A stretch of 64,000 bases of DNA, counting the filler, from Jimgerdemannia flammicorona (lineage: Eukaryota), in NCBI GenBank assembly GCA_003990765.1. It is 3 parts of 3 records of this genome, joined end to end, with 100 filler letters (N's around TTAATTAATTAA, not from the genome) between each part and the next. Parts side by side here need not be neighbours in the genome. Positions count along the whole stretch, not along the records: positions 1 to 21,459 come from RBNJ01001446.1; positions 21,560 to 43,014 come from RBNJ01001447.1; 1 more part is not named here. One strand, 5' to 3'. A program made the translations under genes and the position numbers. Within the stretch, counting starts at the first letter, position 1, and the number at the start of each line of letters is the position of its first letter. Below are positions 12,922 through 25,300 of the stretch, piece after piece. The notes under the pieces were generated by a model that saw only the letters and a program-made list of their open reading frames with translations, was not told where the DNA came from and did not search any database.

Positions 12922-14418
12922 TGTAATGGTGACCCCAGAATGATGACATCAGTACCGGAGACAGCCTTTCCTTACAAGCTACCAGATCAGAGCACAAGAA
13001 GATCCTACAGCATACGAGATGAACAATGATGACCAACTATGAGTCATTGTGACCACAGCACAAGCATCCTGAAGAATATAAAAGAAGGATCAAGGAACCA
13101 CAGTAGCAGCAACCAATAAGAACCACCAATCCCAAAATAGCTCAAAGACTTACCATAAACAAAATGCCTGCTACACACCAAACCTCAAGGTCAAGGAATC
13201 ACCAAGGTATCTCAGTTGAGGAAAGGATGTTCCAAGACATCAGAAGAGCCATGAGGACCTGCTCAAGAAGGACTCCTAGTGTCAACCTGGGTACTGCAGA
13301 CCCTTATCACTTCATTCTCTACTGCTGTGAAATGGAAACAAGGATCACCATTGCTACCAAATGCCTCCAAATGTGGCAGAAGTATGAAATAGGAAACCTC
13401 CTCTACTGGGAGTTCCCATAGGCCAGTACTCAAGAGCTACAAGATGCCACTCTCATGGATATATGTGAAACAAGGACAGCTAAGAAGATCCATCAGATCT
13501 TCAGACATGCACCATAGTCAATCTCCAACTTGGAGTATGTTAGAGTCTCAGACTTCAGAGATCTATCATCCTGCCATATCAATGCACTAGAAGCCAGGGT
13601 GGCTATAGAAGCCTGGTCCACTATCACCCTCAACAGTGAAGTAGAAGACTTCTGGCACTCTATCCTTCAGGACAACTCAGACCAATTTCTGCAAGGATTG
13701 ATCTCAGTATTCCAAGGCCCAAGCATCTGGGTTAGATCTCCCCAAGACCCCACATTTGTTCCTTATTTTGTGGAAGAGAACCTCATAGACTGGAGAGCTC
13801 CAGACCTTATTCCTGATTTCCCCACCACAGCTGAATGTGATGATGTCATCAGTGATGACATCATCCTATGCAATATACACAAAATGCATGACCTGTATGA
13901 TGAATTCATGGATCTCATCTCCTTCAGTGATGATGATGATGAAGCCCCCATGATTCTGAACTTTCTACTCTAAGTTCTTTATTATACTAGATAATACCAG
14001 TACCAGTATTCTGAGGTGATGCAAAATTGTTCCAGCACTGGCATTTTGATGTAATACTAAATAATGTCAGCATCCTGAACCTGTACAACCATCAGTACCA
14101 ACTCTAGAACTTAGTTGTTTTAGTTATTGGAATTTATATTTAGCTTTATATCTTAGCAACCATTGAATTATATTTTGTATAAATACCCCTCTTATTTCCT
14201 CTGGAATAAAGTCAGTCAATTCAGTACATTTAGTCAAGTGCAATATATACACTTCCTTGCAAGCAATCTAAGAGATAACAAGATAGTTAAAGATAAGAAG
14301 TTTGAGGACTATAAGACCTTGGGAAGGCACTCCAATAAGAACTTGCTTATAACAACTTGAGTTAGTCTAAGAGATACACCTTGGCATATTTGAAGGACTC
14401 AGTGACTACTATATGACA
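12922..14418 (+). repeat. Family B 3' LTR (~1.5 kb)
   Basis: TGTAA...TGACA ends, follows the PPT, three copies in the window. Confidence 0.93.
13164..13973 (+). pseudogene. LTR-encoded accessory ORF of family B (~269 codons)
   Basis: ORFs 13164-13421 and 13530-13973 share a frame. The internal stops are sense codons (Q, W) in the other LTR copies. Acidic C-terminus. Confidence 0.8.
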
Positions 14419-14649
14419 ATATATATTCAGATACAATATATACATTTTTGATAAAAACAATGCCAATCAGTATAAATTTGAGTCAAAAGCTAGCAAGAAT
14501 ATATTTTTTGGATATTCTGGCATCAGTAAGATATATAAACTCTGGAATCTATATAACTGATATATCATCATTTTATATAACATATAATTCAGAGAAAAAG
14601 AAAATAAAGAATCTCATGTAGATATATCTATCAATATATCTATATCTAT

Positions 14650-16159
14650 TGTCACATAGTAGTCACTGAGTCCTTCAAATATGCCAGATTCTCTTCAAGG
14701 TATATCTCTTAGACTAACTCAAGTTTGTTATAAGTAAGTTCTTATTGGAGTGCCTTCCCAAGGTCTTATAGTCCTCAAACTTCTTATCTTTAACTGTCTT
14801 GTTATCTCTTAGATTGTTTGCAAGGAAGTGTGTATAAGTGAAACTGGAACTGACTTTATTTCAGAGGAAATAAGAGAGGTATTTATACAAAATATAATTC
14901 AATGATTGCTAAGATATAAAGCTAAATATAAATTCCAATAACTAAAACTACTAAGTTCCAGGGTCAGCACTGATGGTTGTATAGGTTCAGGATGCTGGTA
15001 TAATTCAGTGTCACATCAGAATACTGGTGCTGGAATAATTTTGCATCACCTCAGAATGCCAGTACTGGCATTATCTGATGTTACTCAAAATACTAGTGCT
15101 GGCATTATTCAGTGTAACAAAGAACTTAGAGCAGAAAGTTTAGGATCATGGGGGCTTCATCATTATCATCATCACTGAAGGAGATGAGATCTGCGAATTC
15201 ATCATTTTCACATGCCTCAATATCATATGGGATGACATCATTACTGATGATGCCATCACATTTAGTGGGGAAATTGAGAGCTCTCCAATCTATGAGGTTC
15301 TCTTCCACAAAATAAGAGACAAATGTGGGGTCTTGGGGAGATCTAATCTGGATGCTTGGGCCTTGGAATACTGAGATCAACCTTTGTAGGAATTGGTCTG
15401 GGTTGTCCTGGAGAATGGGATATCAGAAGTCTTCTACTTCATCACTATTGAGGGTGATAGTGGACTGGGCTTCTGTAGCCACCCTGGCTTCTAGTGTATT
15501 AATACAGCAGGATGACAGATCTCTGAAATCTGAGACTCTAACATACTCTAAGTTGGGGATCAACCATGGTGCATGCCTGAAGATCTGATGGATCTTCTTA
15601 GCTATTCTTGTCTTGCATATATCCATGGGAGTGGCATCTTGTAGCTCTTGAGGGCTGGCCTGTGGAAACTCCCAGCAGAGGAGGTTTCCTATTTCATACT
15701 TCTGCCACATTTAGAGGCATTCGGTAGCAATGGTGATCCTTATTTCTATTTCACGGTAATAGAGAATAAAGTGATAGGGATCTGTAGTACCCAGGTTGAC
15801 ACTAGGAGTCCTTCTTGAGTAGGTCCTCATGGCTCTTCTGATGTCTTAGAACATCCTTTCCTCAACTGAGATGCCTTGGTGATTCCTTGACCTTGAGATT
15901 TGGCAGGCAGCAGGCATTTCATTTGTAGTAAGTCTTTGAGCTATTTTGGGGTTGGCAGTTCTTGTTAGTTGTTGCTACTGTAGTTCCTTGATCCTTCTTT
16001 TATATTCCTCAAGATGCTTGTGCTGTGGTCACAATGACTCACAGTTAGTCATCATTGCTCATCTCATATGCCATATGATCTTCTTGTGCTCTGATCTGGT
16101 GGCTTGCAAGGAAAGGCTGTCTTCTGTGCTGATGTCATCATTCTGGAGTCACTGTTACA
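14650..16159 (-). repeat. Family B solo LTR with 4-bp TSD CTAT
   Basis: Reverse complement of the B LTR; CTAT on both flanks; Copia sequence on both sides. Confidence 0.92.
15126..15917 (-). pseudogene. LTR-encoded accessory ORF, solo-LTR copy
   Basis: MWQKYEIGNLL...RIAKKIHQIFRHAPW and ...DDDNDEAPMILNFLL in the ORF track. Confidence 0.8.
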
Positions 16160-17565
16160 CTATATTCAGCTAGTATAAGTACAATAACTATCATCAACCT
16201 CTTCAGTAGTCAATCAAAATTATTTTCAACTGCTATATATATCTGAACTAGAGTTGTCTGAATCAAGAATAATAGATATCAAAGATATAGATGACAGCAG
16301 ATCTAATACTGAGGAATCCTCTACAAAGAATAAGCAAAAGTATTCCAATATTTGCCAAGAAACTTATTCCAAATTAAGAAGTTATTAGGACATACTAGTG
16401 AGCTTTAGACAATAGCAATAAGACTATATGAGCTATACTGAAGCATTCAAATATATATATATATAATATCTAGTAAGCTAAATATATATAATGAAGCAAT
16501 GCAATTCCCAGATAACAAAAAATAGAAACATATAATAGATGAGAAATATGATTCACTTATTGAGAATGACATATGGAATCTTATACCCTTTCTATTAAAT
16601 TGCTAAATAATTGGATCTAAGTAGGTCTATAGAATCAAGCACAAGAGTTATAGAAGTGTAGAGTAATATAAAGCTCATTTTATTGCTAAGAGTTATTTAC
16701 AGAATTATAATATAGATTATGATGAGATATTTTTATAGTATTCAAGCTTACTTCACTTAGAATACTCCTTGCAATTGGTATACTATATGACCTGAAAATC
16801 TATCAAATAGATATTAAGACAGCATTCCTGAATAGTGATGTAGACACTAAACTACATATATATCTATCACTACAAGAATATGAATTATACAACAATAAGT
16901 GAAAGAAGCTCATATGTAAACTATATAAAAGATTATATAGTATCAAACAAGTGATATAACTATGGAATAAAAGAATTGATAAATATCTTTTTAATAATAG
17001 ATTTACCTACTGTAAAGCAGATAATTGTATATATATTCAGTATTATAATAATGGCAGTATAGTCTTCATTGGTATCTGGGTTGATGATATAATTATTATT
17101 ACTAGTAAAAATAGGCTTAACAGAGCTAAAAAAGCCCTATGCTGAGAATTCAGAATGATAGATATGGGTAATGCATTCTTCCTTTTAGAGATATCTATAT
17201 ATCATATATAATAGAAATACATGTGCCATATATCTCTCATAAGTGATATATGCTTAAACAATTCTTAAATAATTCAATATGAATGAATATAAGCCTGTTA
17301 GTACTCTTATGGATACTTTTATAAAGTTAAGAAAGCCAGATACTATTTCTGAGGATGACAACAATATGCTAACCAAAACAGTATCAAAGATATCATATCA
17401 GTAAATAGTTAGTTTTCTTATATATCTTATGCTAGGAACAAGGCCTAACATATTATATACTATGAATAAGATAGCACAGTATTCTTTCTGCTATTATAAT
17501 TTATATTAAAGCACTATTAAGAAAATATTTAGGTATCTTAAGGATATAATATATTATATACTTAT

Positions 17566-18011
17566 TGTGATGGTACAGCCAAATTTGGAAGAAGGAAATA
17601 GGGAATAGACATTTGATCACACCCAGTCCCAAAGTAGTATAGCCTTATAGTTAGCAGTTCTTGATTTCGACATTGTCTAAATTCTTAGACATTATCCAAA
17701 TCAAATGTCCTAATTTAGTATAGTATTTAGACATTGTCCAAATATTTTGACAAAGTCCAAATGACTCATTTATTACTTAGCTACCCTCTCATAGCTAGCA
17801 AACTTATATAAATAACCCAGTATCTTGGAGTGAATAAACCTCAGATTGAAAGTGTTAGAAAAGAACAAATATACCAATAAAAGGACCTTCGGGATTACCT
17901 CTTTAAACACATTTGGCCTCAAGGAACTACTGACTCTGGGAGTCAAGAAGACAAGAATTCAAGATAAAGAAATCTGACATACTTGCCCATCTTAGCATCT
18001 GCTATGTTATA
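17566..18011 (+). repeat. Family E 5' LTR (~446 bp)
   Basis: TGTGA start where Copia homology stops. Ends TGTTATA (decayed TGTTACA) just before the PBS. TATA and AATAAA at ~17807-17837. Confidence 0.75.
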
Positions 18012-18014
18012 ACT

Positions 18015-18032
18015 TGGTGCCCATTGGCTGGT
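18015..18032 (+). other. Primer-binding site, family E (TGGTGCCCATTGGCTGG)
   Basis: TGG 3 nt after the LTR end; near-identical motif at 58931. tRNA identity not determined. Confidence 0.75.
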
Positions 18033-18086
18033 GATTCAAGATGAATCCCTCACTTTCAAGCTGAACAATGAACAACTGTAACCAGA

Positions 18087-20172
18087 ATGCACACAACACA
18101 ATCAGACAGAATGGATATGAGACCCCCCATATTCCATGGATATATGTCAGATGAATCAATCATCACCTTCATTGATGATTTCGAGCAGTATGCTACTGTA
18201 AGGACCTTAAGTGCAGCACAACAAGTAGCCCTACTCCCTGTAAGCCTCCAAGGCCCAGTAAGAACCGCATTTACTGCAGCCAATATACAAGCAGCCAATG
18301 ATCCAGCAAGAATCATAGCTTTCGAGACCTGGCTCCAAGCAACCTACTATACAGATGAAATCAAACAAGCACTCAAAGATCAACTGAATACTATCTGCCA
18401 AGGAATGTCTGAAGACCCAAACACATTCTATACAAGAATCCGACATCAAATAGTCCTTACTGACTACCCCAATGTAGTTCAAGACCAAGTGGCCAAGAAT
18501 ACCTTTATGAAAGACATTCACCAAGAAATCGCTTTAGCCATTCGATCTACCCCAACACCACTGGACCTGGGACAGAAGGTTACCTACACCCAAAGATACT
18601 GGACTGCCAGACACCCTCAAGGCCATACAATGGAAAGAATAACTGGAGTAAAAATCAAACAAGCACCAAGAGTCACCAATACAATCCCAGCTACCATAGT
18701 CAACCGAAATACACAACCACAACCACAAGACCAGAGAAGGGTCGACCCAATGGAGGAACTGGCCAAACAGTTTGCAGAAATGACTGCACACCTCAGCGAT
18801 ATAGTCAAAGAGTTCAAGAAGAAGCCAGTATAGAAGTTTGCTGCTACAAATACAAGACGATCAATAACATGCTATAACTGTAGAGAAGAAGGCCACTATG
18901 CCTCCGAATACATGACAGAAACCAAGCGAAAGGCCAATCCAAGCAATGTAACCAGGAACCGTGAACAAGCAAACACTATCACCTTCGAGGAGATTGGAGA
19001 ATCCAAGGAAGAAAGGGAGGAATGGGAAGCTTACTCTGCTACCTCAAGTAAGAAGGATGTCCGATCCAGTCCCTACAAAAGACCTCCAGGCAGACCTCCT
19101 AAGAAGGCCCAGACACAGACAAAACAACTAGAAACAGTCATCGAAAAAGAAATTCAGCAGAGCGAAGCTGACCAAGATATGAAGCTAGAACAAGATGCTG
19201 AGCTGAAGCAAGCAGTAGAAGATATTATTCGAAATACTACCCCATCAAGTGAAGGGAAGAAGGAGCAGAAACTGCGCAAGAGCAAGACCTACAAGTATGA
19301 TATCTTCAAGGACCTCAAGGACCAAAAGGTCAATGCAACCTTTGGTCAGCTGGCTGAAATCCCAATATTCAGACAACAAATGAGGACAGGAATCTCAGAC
19401 ATCAGCAAAGACTAAGATTACAGAATAATCAAAGCCAACAATGCACAAGAAGATTCAGATAAAGAGAGTGAAGATAACTGGAAAACATCAGCCTATGCTA
19501 CCTGCCAGATTGAGGACCGAGTCTTTGAAGCCATCATTGATACAGGAGCAGAAGGATGTCTCATTACCAAGAAAGCAGTAGACCACCTAGGTTGGGAGAT
19601 AGAAGAAGCTACCAAATTGGTGTTTATCACAGCTGATGGGACACGAGCAACATCCTTGGGAAAAATTTGGGATGTACCAATCAAGTTCGGCAAAGCCACT
19701 ATCCCTGTGGATGTTATTGTCACCAATGTAACCAACTACAATATCCTCATCAGCAACCAGTGGCTTCACAAAGCCAAGGCCATGATCGACCTCAGTATAC
19801 AGAAGATACAGATCATCTACTGGGGAAAGAAGATCAGAATTCCCATCAATGTCCACAAAGGAGTCTGCCCCAAGATGGAGGAAGACCAAAAAGAAGAAGC
19901 CTACATGGTTACTACAAAGAAAGGAAAAGGCAAGCAATTGACAGAGGAAGAATGGTATACAAGAATCGCAGATAGATACACCCCACTAGGAAGGTGCCCA
20001 CATGGTGAAAGAATGTACTGTGCCCAGCACTTGGATCACTGCTACTCTTGTATCATTGAGGTGAAGAAGATCACCAACAAGCCAAAGAAGAACCAGGAGG
20101 AACTAGAAGATGGACCACCAGAGTTATTGGATGACAATGATAATGAGGATAAAGATATCAAAGTCAAGATAC
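18087..20172 (+). pseudogene. gag: Family E gag-protease in one frame
   Basis: ORFs at 18087, 18912 and 19617 share a frame. Zinc knuckle CYNCREEGHYASEY; protease IIDTGA. Confidence 0.9.
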
Positions 20173-21411
20173 TGTGACAAGCCAAGACGTACCACCCGAA
20201 TCATATCTCAACCAGATGACACGAACAAAATGACGTGAACACTCAGCTTAGTAACCAGTAACTCTTGCTGTGGAAAACTGTATAAATAGCCAGACATACC
20301 AGAAAGGGTCTGTTTACCTGTACAGACTCTGTACACCTGCCATAAGTAGCAGATCTATAGTTAGCCACATAGTAACCAGGTAGCAACCAACTTGTATAAA
20401 TTACCCCAGAGGCGAGAGTGAATAAAACCTCAGTCTGAATTGAAGTGCAAACCAAAGAAGCCTCTAAAGATTGAGCAATTGGTCCCCTTATTCCCACTCC
20501 GGTCCACTTTCCGATACAAAGCTGATTTTGCCACCTAAGTTCAAGGAAGAACTTCGCCGCCTTTGGAATTATTGTTATTGGTTCGCTTGCCAGATAAGCA
20601 TGAAGATTTCCGTCACCTTTCTTGCCATAAGCCAGTCTTTCTGATGCAACTTCGCAGTGGAGCCAGTCTATGATGTAACCCCGTGCAAACGAAGCCAGTC
20701 TTTGACGTAACTTGCCAAGAATCTGAGTTATTCACCATTTCTAAGTTATCTGCCGTATTTCCAGTTAAGCCACCATTTTCAAGAAACCCGCCAAATCCAC
20801 ATCGTCCGCCACTTTCGAGTTATCTACATTCCCAGAAAACCCATGCCATCCGAGTAGTATTCCCAGTTGAAGCTGAAACCGTGACATCCAAGTTATTCGT
20901 CATTCCCAGTGAGCCTAGGAAGAATCTGCGCCATACAATTCCCAGTGAGCCAAATCGGGTTATCAGCCAGTTCGCCGCGTTCCCAGTTGACCCGTATAAG
21001 GAACCCGCTGCGCTACACAGAAATCGTCGCACTACACAGAGATCATCACGCAGAAATCGCATAAGGAGAACCGCTAAATTACCAGACCGTCACGCACAGA
21101 GATTGTCGCACTATACAAGACCATCACCCAGAAATCGCATACTTTTGGAGATCACCTTGCTACACAAAATTGTGCCATTCCCAGTTGACCCAAGAAGGAA
21201 AAGACATACAAATCGCCGCTACACCCAGAGAACCGTCCCAATAAGGAAACCGCTCGCAGATATCCAGCTTTGACTATTATACCACTAAACACCAAGGACC
21301 TCAGGAATCTTAGAACATTTTGTTGCTTTTTGACAAAGTAACTGGGGGCTCAAGCCAAACTACATCAACCCCCAACCTTGTAATTTGCCTCCATTGAGCC
21401 GGCACGTTACA
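20173..21411 (+). repeat. Family A 5' LTR (CpG-retaining)
   Basis: TGTGA...TTACA ends, followed by a PBS, homologous to 4933-6635. Confidence 0.92.
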
Positions 21412-21413
21412 TT

Positions 21414-21431
21414 TGGGGGCTCAACTGGGAA
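21414..21431 (+). other. Primer-binding site, family A (TGGGGGCTCAACTGGGAA), tRNA-Pro-like
   Basis: Directly after the LTR. Resembles the MLV tRNA-Pro PBS TGGGGGCTCGTCCGGGAT. Also present at 51273-51293 on the minus strand. Confidence 0.75.
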
Positions 21432-21459
21432 GATTTCAAAATCGATGTGACTTTTCAGC

Positions 21460-21559
21460 NNNNNNNNNNNNNNNNNNNNNNNNNNNNNNNNNNNNNNNNN
21501 NNNTTAATTAATTAANNNNNNNNNNNNNNNNNNNNNNNNNNNNNNNNNNNNNNNNNNNN
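21460..21559. other. Artificial contig spacer
   Basis: 44 N + TTAATTAATTAA + 44 N; six-frame stop linker. Confidence 0.97.
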
Positions 21560-23019
21560 AATTGAATTTCTTTCAGAAGAAATTCATATTTGCTAAGTTT
21601 TACAAAAAGTCAGTTTCCTTGAAGTTTCAGTAGTACTAGTTCAAGGTATTCAAGATATTTCTCCAGGGTTTTGCTGAAGACTAGGATATCATCAATGTAG
21701 ACAACAATAAATTTGTCTAGGTATGAGTGCAGGATGGTGTTCATCAGTGTCTAGAAGGTTGTAGGAGTATTAGTTAAGCTGAAGGATATAACCAGGAACT
21801 CAAAGTGTCTATAGCAAATTCAAAAGGCTTTCTTGTAGATGTCTTCTTATTTCATGGCAATTTTCCAGTAATAATTTTGTAGGTCAAAAGAGCTCATAAA
21901 TTGTGAGTTGGTAAGCCTATCAAATATTTCATCAATTCTAGATAATGGGCAATAGTTCTTGATGATCTGTTCATTGATGTCATGGTAATCAATATATATT
22001 CATAGATCTCCTCCTTTCTTAATAACAAAGAGGACTGTTATCCCATAGAATGATATACTGGGTCGAGTGAATCCTTATTCTAGAAGTTTATTGATTTTCT
22101 TCTTGAGTGCATCAATCTCTCTCAGAGACATGTAGTAGATTGATTTGAAGGCAGGCTTAGCATCTGGGATAGTCTTAATAGTGTGGTCTACTGCTCATTT
22201 AGGAGGTAGGCCTTTTGGTAGTTTCTTTGAAAATATGTCTCAGAATTTCTAGAGTAGGGGTCTAACATAACTGTCAACTTTGGAAAGATCTTCTTCAGAG
22301 TTCTCAGGTTCTCCTTTAGATGGGTGGATGGAGATGGCAAAGAGAGGGCATTTCTTTGCCAATTTCTTAAGTTATAGTTTGTTGATGTAGGTGATCTTTG
22401 GTTCAGGGTCACTAGAACTGAGTGAGTCCTTTTTGCCTTGCAGTTTGAAGTTGTGGTGTCCTTTCTTGATTATTAGGAAATGTTTTACCCAATCAATTAT
22501 AGGGTTTTCTTGTTTCAGCCATGGAGTTCCAAGGATAATTTTGTTATCAGAAAGTGGTCCAATCTGGAGGATAACATGTACTCAGTAGTTACTAATTTGG
22601 AAGGATAGATTGTGGACTTTCTTGCTAATGATATGTAATGTTCTATTAGCTGTGGCAACTACTTGAGTTTGTTGTACTGGAGATGTCAGGACCTTGAGTC
22701 TGTTGGCTGTTTCTTCATTGATGAAATTGCTTGAGACACCACTGTCTATTATAATCTTGACAGGTACTTGGTTGACAAAGGCTTGAAGTATAAGTAGTTT
22801 GTCTGATCCAATGGTAGTAATTTCAGTTATAGGTGCTTTCCTTCTATTGGTTCTTCTTTGAGCCAGTTCATTGATACAAGAGAAGCAATTATCAATCATT
22901 CAGGAAGAGGACATTCCAATGCCATAGAGACATCAGCCACTTGGTACATATCCATCTTCGATTTTCTTATAGAATTGTTCTTCTTTATTCATGGTAGGTT
23001 GGGCTGGCACCTTGTTTAA

Positions 23020-23430
23020 TGAGCCAAATCCTTTGGATCCTCAGATGGTGGGTAGTAGTTCAGGGACTTCTTTAACTATCAGGGCTGATTTGATTTTCTT
23101 GAATAGGATCTGAGTGATACAGAAATCAATGGAGATCTTGAAGGGTATCCAACTGTGGTTTCAGATAAGAATAATGATTTCACCTATATAATCTTTATCA
23201 ATAACTCCTCTTTCTACTAAGAGTCCTTTCAGTGCTAGGCTGCTATGATAGCATATTTTTCCAATATATTCTCCAGAGATTTGGATGCTGATTTCTATAT
23301 AGACTTACTTGACTTTTCAGTTGGAGACTGTAGCTTCTTTGGCTGTATATAGGTCATAACCAGTTGCTTTTTGACTTCCTTTGGTTGAGGCCTTAGCAGT
23401 TGGCCTTAACTTGACAAAGTCCAATATATT
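23020..23430 (-). pseudogene. dut: dUTPase of family C, between gag and protease
   Basis: GSQKATGYDL, GVIDKDYIGEII, *GSKGFGS. Confidence 0.88.
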
Positions 23431-23439
23431 AGTGGTCAG

Positions 23440-25300
23440 ATTGTTGAGGTGGTGCAGAGTAGTAATAGTTACTTATATTGCTGTTTGGGGTTTTTAGTTG
23501 GAGCAGGCACTGGCCATATGTCCTGTCTTTTGACAATAGAAGCATACTCTACTTCTTCAAAGTTCATTTCTTTCTCCTTCAGTAAGTTTCTTGAAGGTAC
23601 TTGGCTGGGTGGGTTCATGATTTCAGGGTATCCAAGAGGTAGATATAGAGAGAGCTTGCAGTGCTTTATACTTGAGTTCTTCTTTCTTGGTCTAAGTTTT
23701 TTCCTTGTTATTGAATTGTCTTTGGAACAGAATTGGTCCAGCTGTTAGGATTCACTTGAGCATAGTCTTGATTCTTACCAGGTACTATTGTTGGTAGTCA
23801 CAACTAACTAGATATCCTTGTTCTTGGATTTTCCTTGTAAGCCATTCAGATAGTGCATTGAATAAATGGTCTGCTCTTGTACTATTTCATGCTTCATCAT
23901 TGGTGATATATTCTAGGCCAACAGTGTTCAAAAGTGACTTAAGTTTTGTACAGAAGGTTTCAAATTCCTCCTTACTATGTACATCAAATTTGAGATTGCA
24001 GAGTTTAACTCAAGATTCAGCAGTCATGGTTTTGCTGTAGTATTGAGCAATTATGAGTTGTTTGAGTTCAGGTACTGCAGGGTGGACTCCATATCCTGAA
24101 GCATTGTTTGTTGTATTCTGAGCAACTTCTGTAAGTCAGATATCCCAATGTGAGGGGTTTTTCAAGAAGGGTTCACCACCATTCTTCAGCAGGTCCTTGG
24201 AAGAATGTAACAACTTGGCAGATATAGACCATAGTGGTAGCGAAGAGTTGTTCCAGAGTATGGTCTTAATTGTTTATCAGAAGGTAGTCAGCAACTTACT
24301 TGTTGGTCCATTGATTAGCTTTGAAGTTGGTATCAACTATACTAATAAAGCTTTGAACTTCTTGTGCAGTACCATTAAAAATAGGTAGGCTCAGATTTTT
24401 GGTTGGTCAGGTCTGTTCAGCTAAGGTATTAATGGTTGCTGCAATTATGGCTATCTGGGCTGTGAGATCTAGAATTTGTTGATTTGCTATATTGTTTGCT
24501 AGAGGTGACTAGACTATAGGTAGTAGTGTTATTGGTACTACTTGGGGTACTGGTGCAGAGTGTGAGGGTGTTCTTTGAGTCTGTGTAAGTTGCTGGAGTA
24601 ATAGTTGTGGGTCTGGAGTAGGGGCTCAATAGATAGCTGTCTGTTGCTATATAGGTATATTTTGTCCTAATGGAGGTATGTCTCCTTCAGTAGTGTATCC
24701 AGGATTGAATTCACTGAGATACTCCTCCTTCTCTTGGCATCAAAGTAAACAGAATCAGTTGTATATCTAATTTCAGAAGGACTTAATTCAAAGTCAAGTT
24801 CTGGTTCATTATTGGTTTCCGTTTCAGATAGGGCTGTAGATGGGCCTGCATCAGGTTCAGGGTCAGGTTGTTGATAGAGGGTTTCTCTTACTTCTTCCTT
24901 AAGAATATGGCAGGCCTTACTATTCAGGAAGTAGTAGTATAAGGCAGTCTTAGTCCTGGTACAGTGAAAGTTGGTAGAGTTGAGCTACTTGGCTACAGAA
25001 GCTTGGGCTTTATGAGGAACTAAGGCTAGAAAGACTGCTGCTGGTTTTCCTGAATCACTTGGATTTGTAGAGCTGATAAAACTCTTGTTGAGAAGAGTAA
25101 AGAAGGCTTCTATAAGACCTTCTTTATCTTGATTTGCAGGGTGTAGAGCAAGGAGTTCAGTGAATAGGGTTTCACCTATCTGCTGATTTAATTGGAGTAC
25201 TTCTTTCTTTAAATGAAGTCTGTCCCACTTGTTGTAGGTGTGGAGATCAAATTATCCTTGTACATTAGGTTCAATTCTCTCCAGATTGTTAGATAGTTCA
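23440..25300 (-). pseudogene. gag: Family C long gag (~600 codons, decayed)
   Basis: Coding-like from NNLERIEPNVQG..FDLHTYNKWDRLHLK to the CCHC knuckle; starts just after a candidate LTR end and PBS at ~25340. Confidence 0.65.

Larger units (their letters stand above)
8865..14418 (+). mobile_element. Ty3/Gypsy family B copy 1 (5'-truncated within protease, through 3' LTR)
   Basis: Closely similar to 60557-64000. PPT AGGAGGAAGA at 12912-12921. LTR homologous to 57416-58927. Confidence 0.95.
14419..17565 (+). mobile_element. Ty1/Copia remnant (integrase SH3 region and RT), interrupted by a solo LTR
   Basis: KFESKASKNIFFGYS..SKIYKLW, DEKYDSLIENDIWNL, YKAHFIAKSY..NIDYDEIF, QIDIKTAFLN, GIWVDDII. 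Confidence 0.88.
17566..20172 (+). mobile_element. Ty3/Gypsy family E (sister of B): 5' LTR, PBS, gag, protease; interrupted at the expected dUTPase start by a family A LTR
   Basis: PBS and leader nearly identical to family B; gag/PR homologous to 59048-61150. Confidence 0.9.

Noticed and set aside
13164..13973. env gene
   Set aside because: No obvious signal peptide, transmembrane segment or fusion motif; too short and located inside the LTR.
20850..21200. CRISPR-like repeat array
   Set aside because: Repeats are short, degenerate and irregularly spaced in a eukaryotic LTR, with no cas genes.
21504..21515. TTAATTAATTAA palindrome within N runs (also 43059-43070)
   Set aside because: Artificial six-frame stop linker; adjacency across it is not biological evidence.
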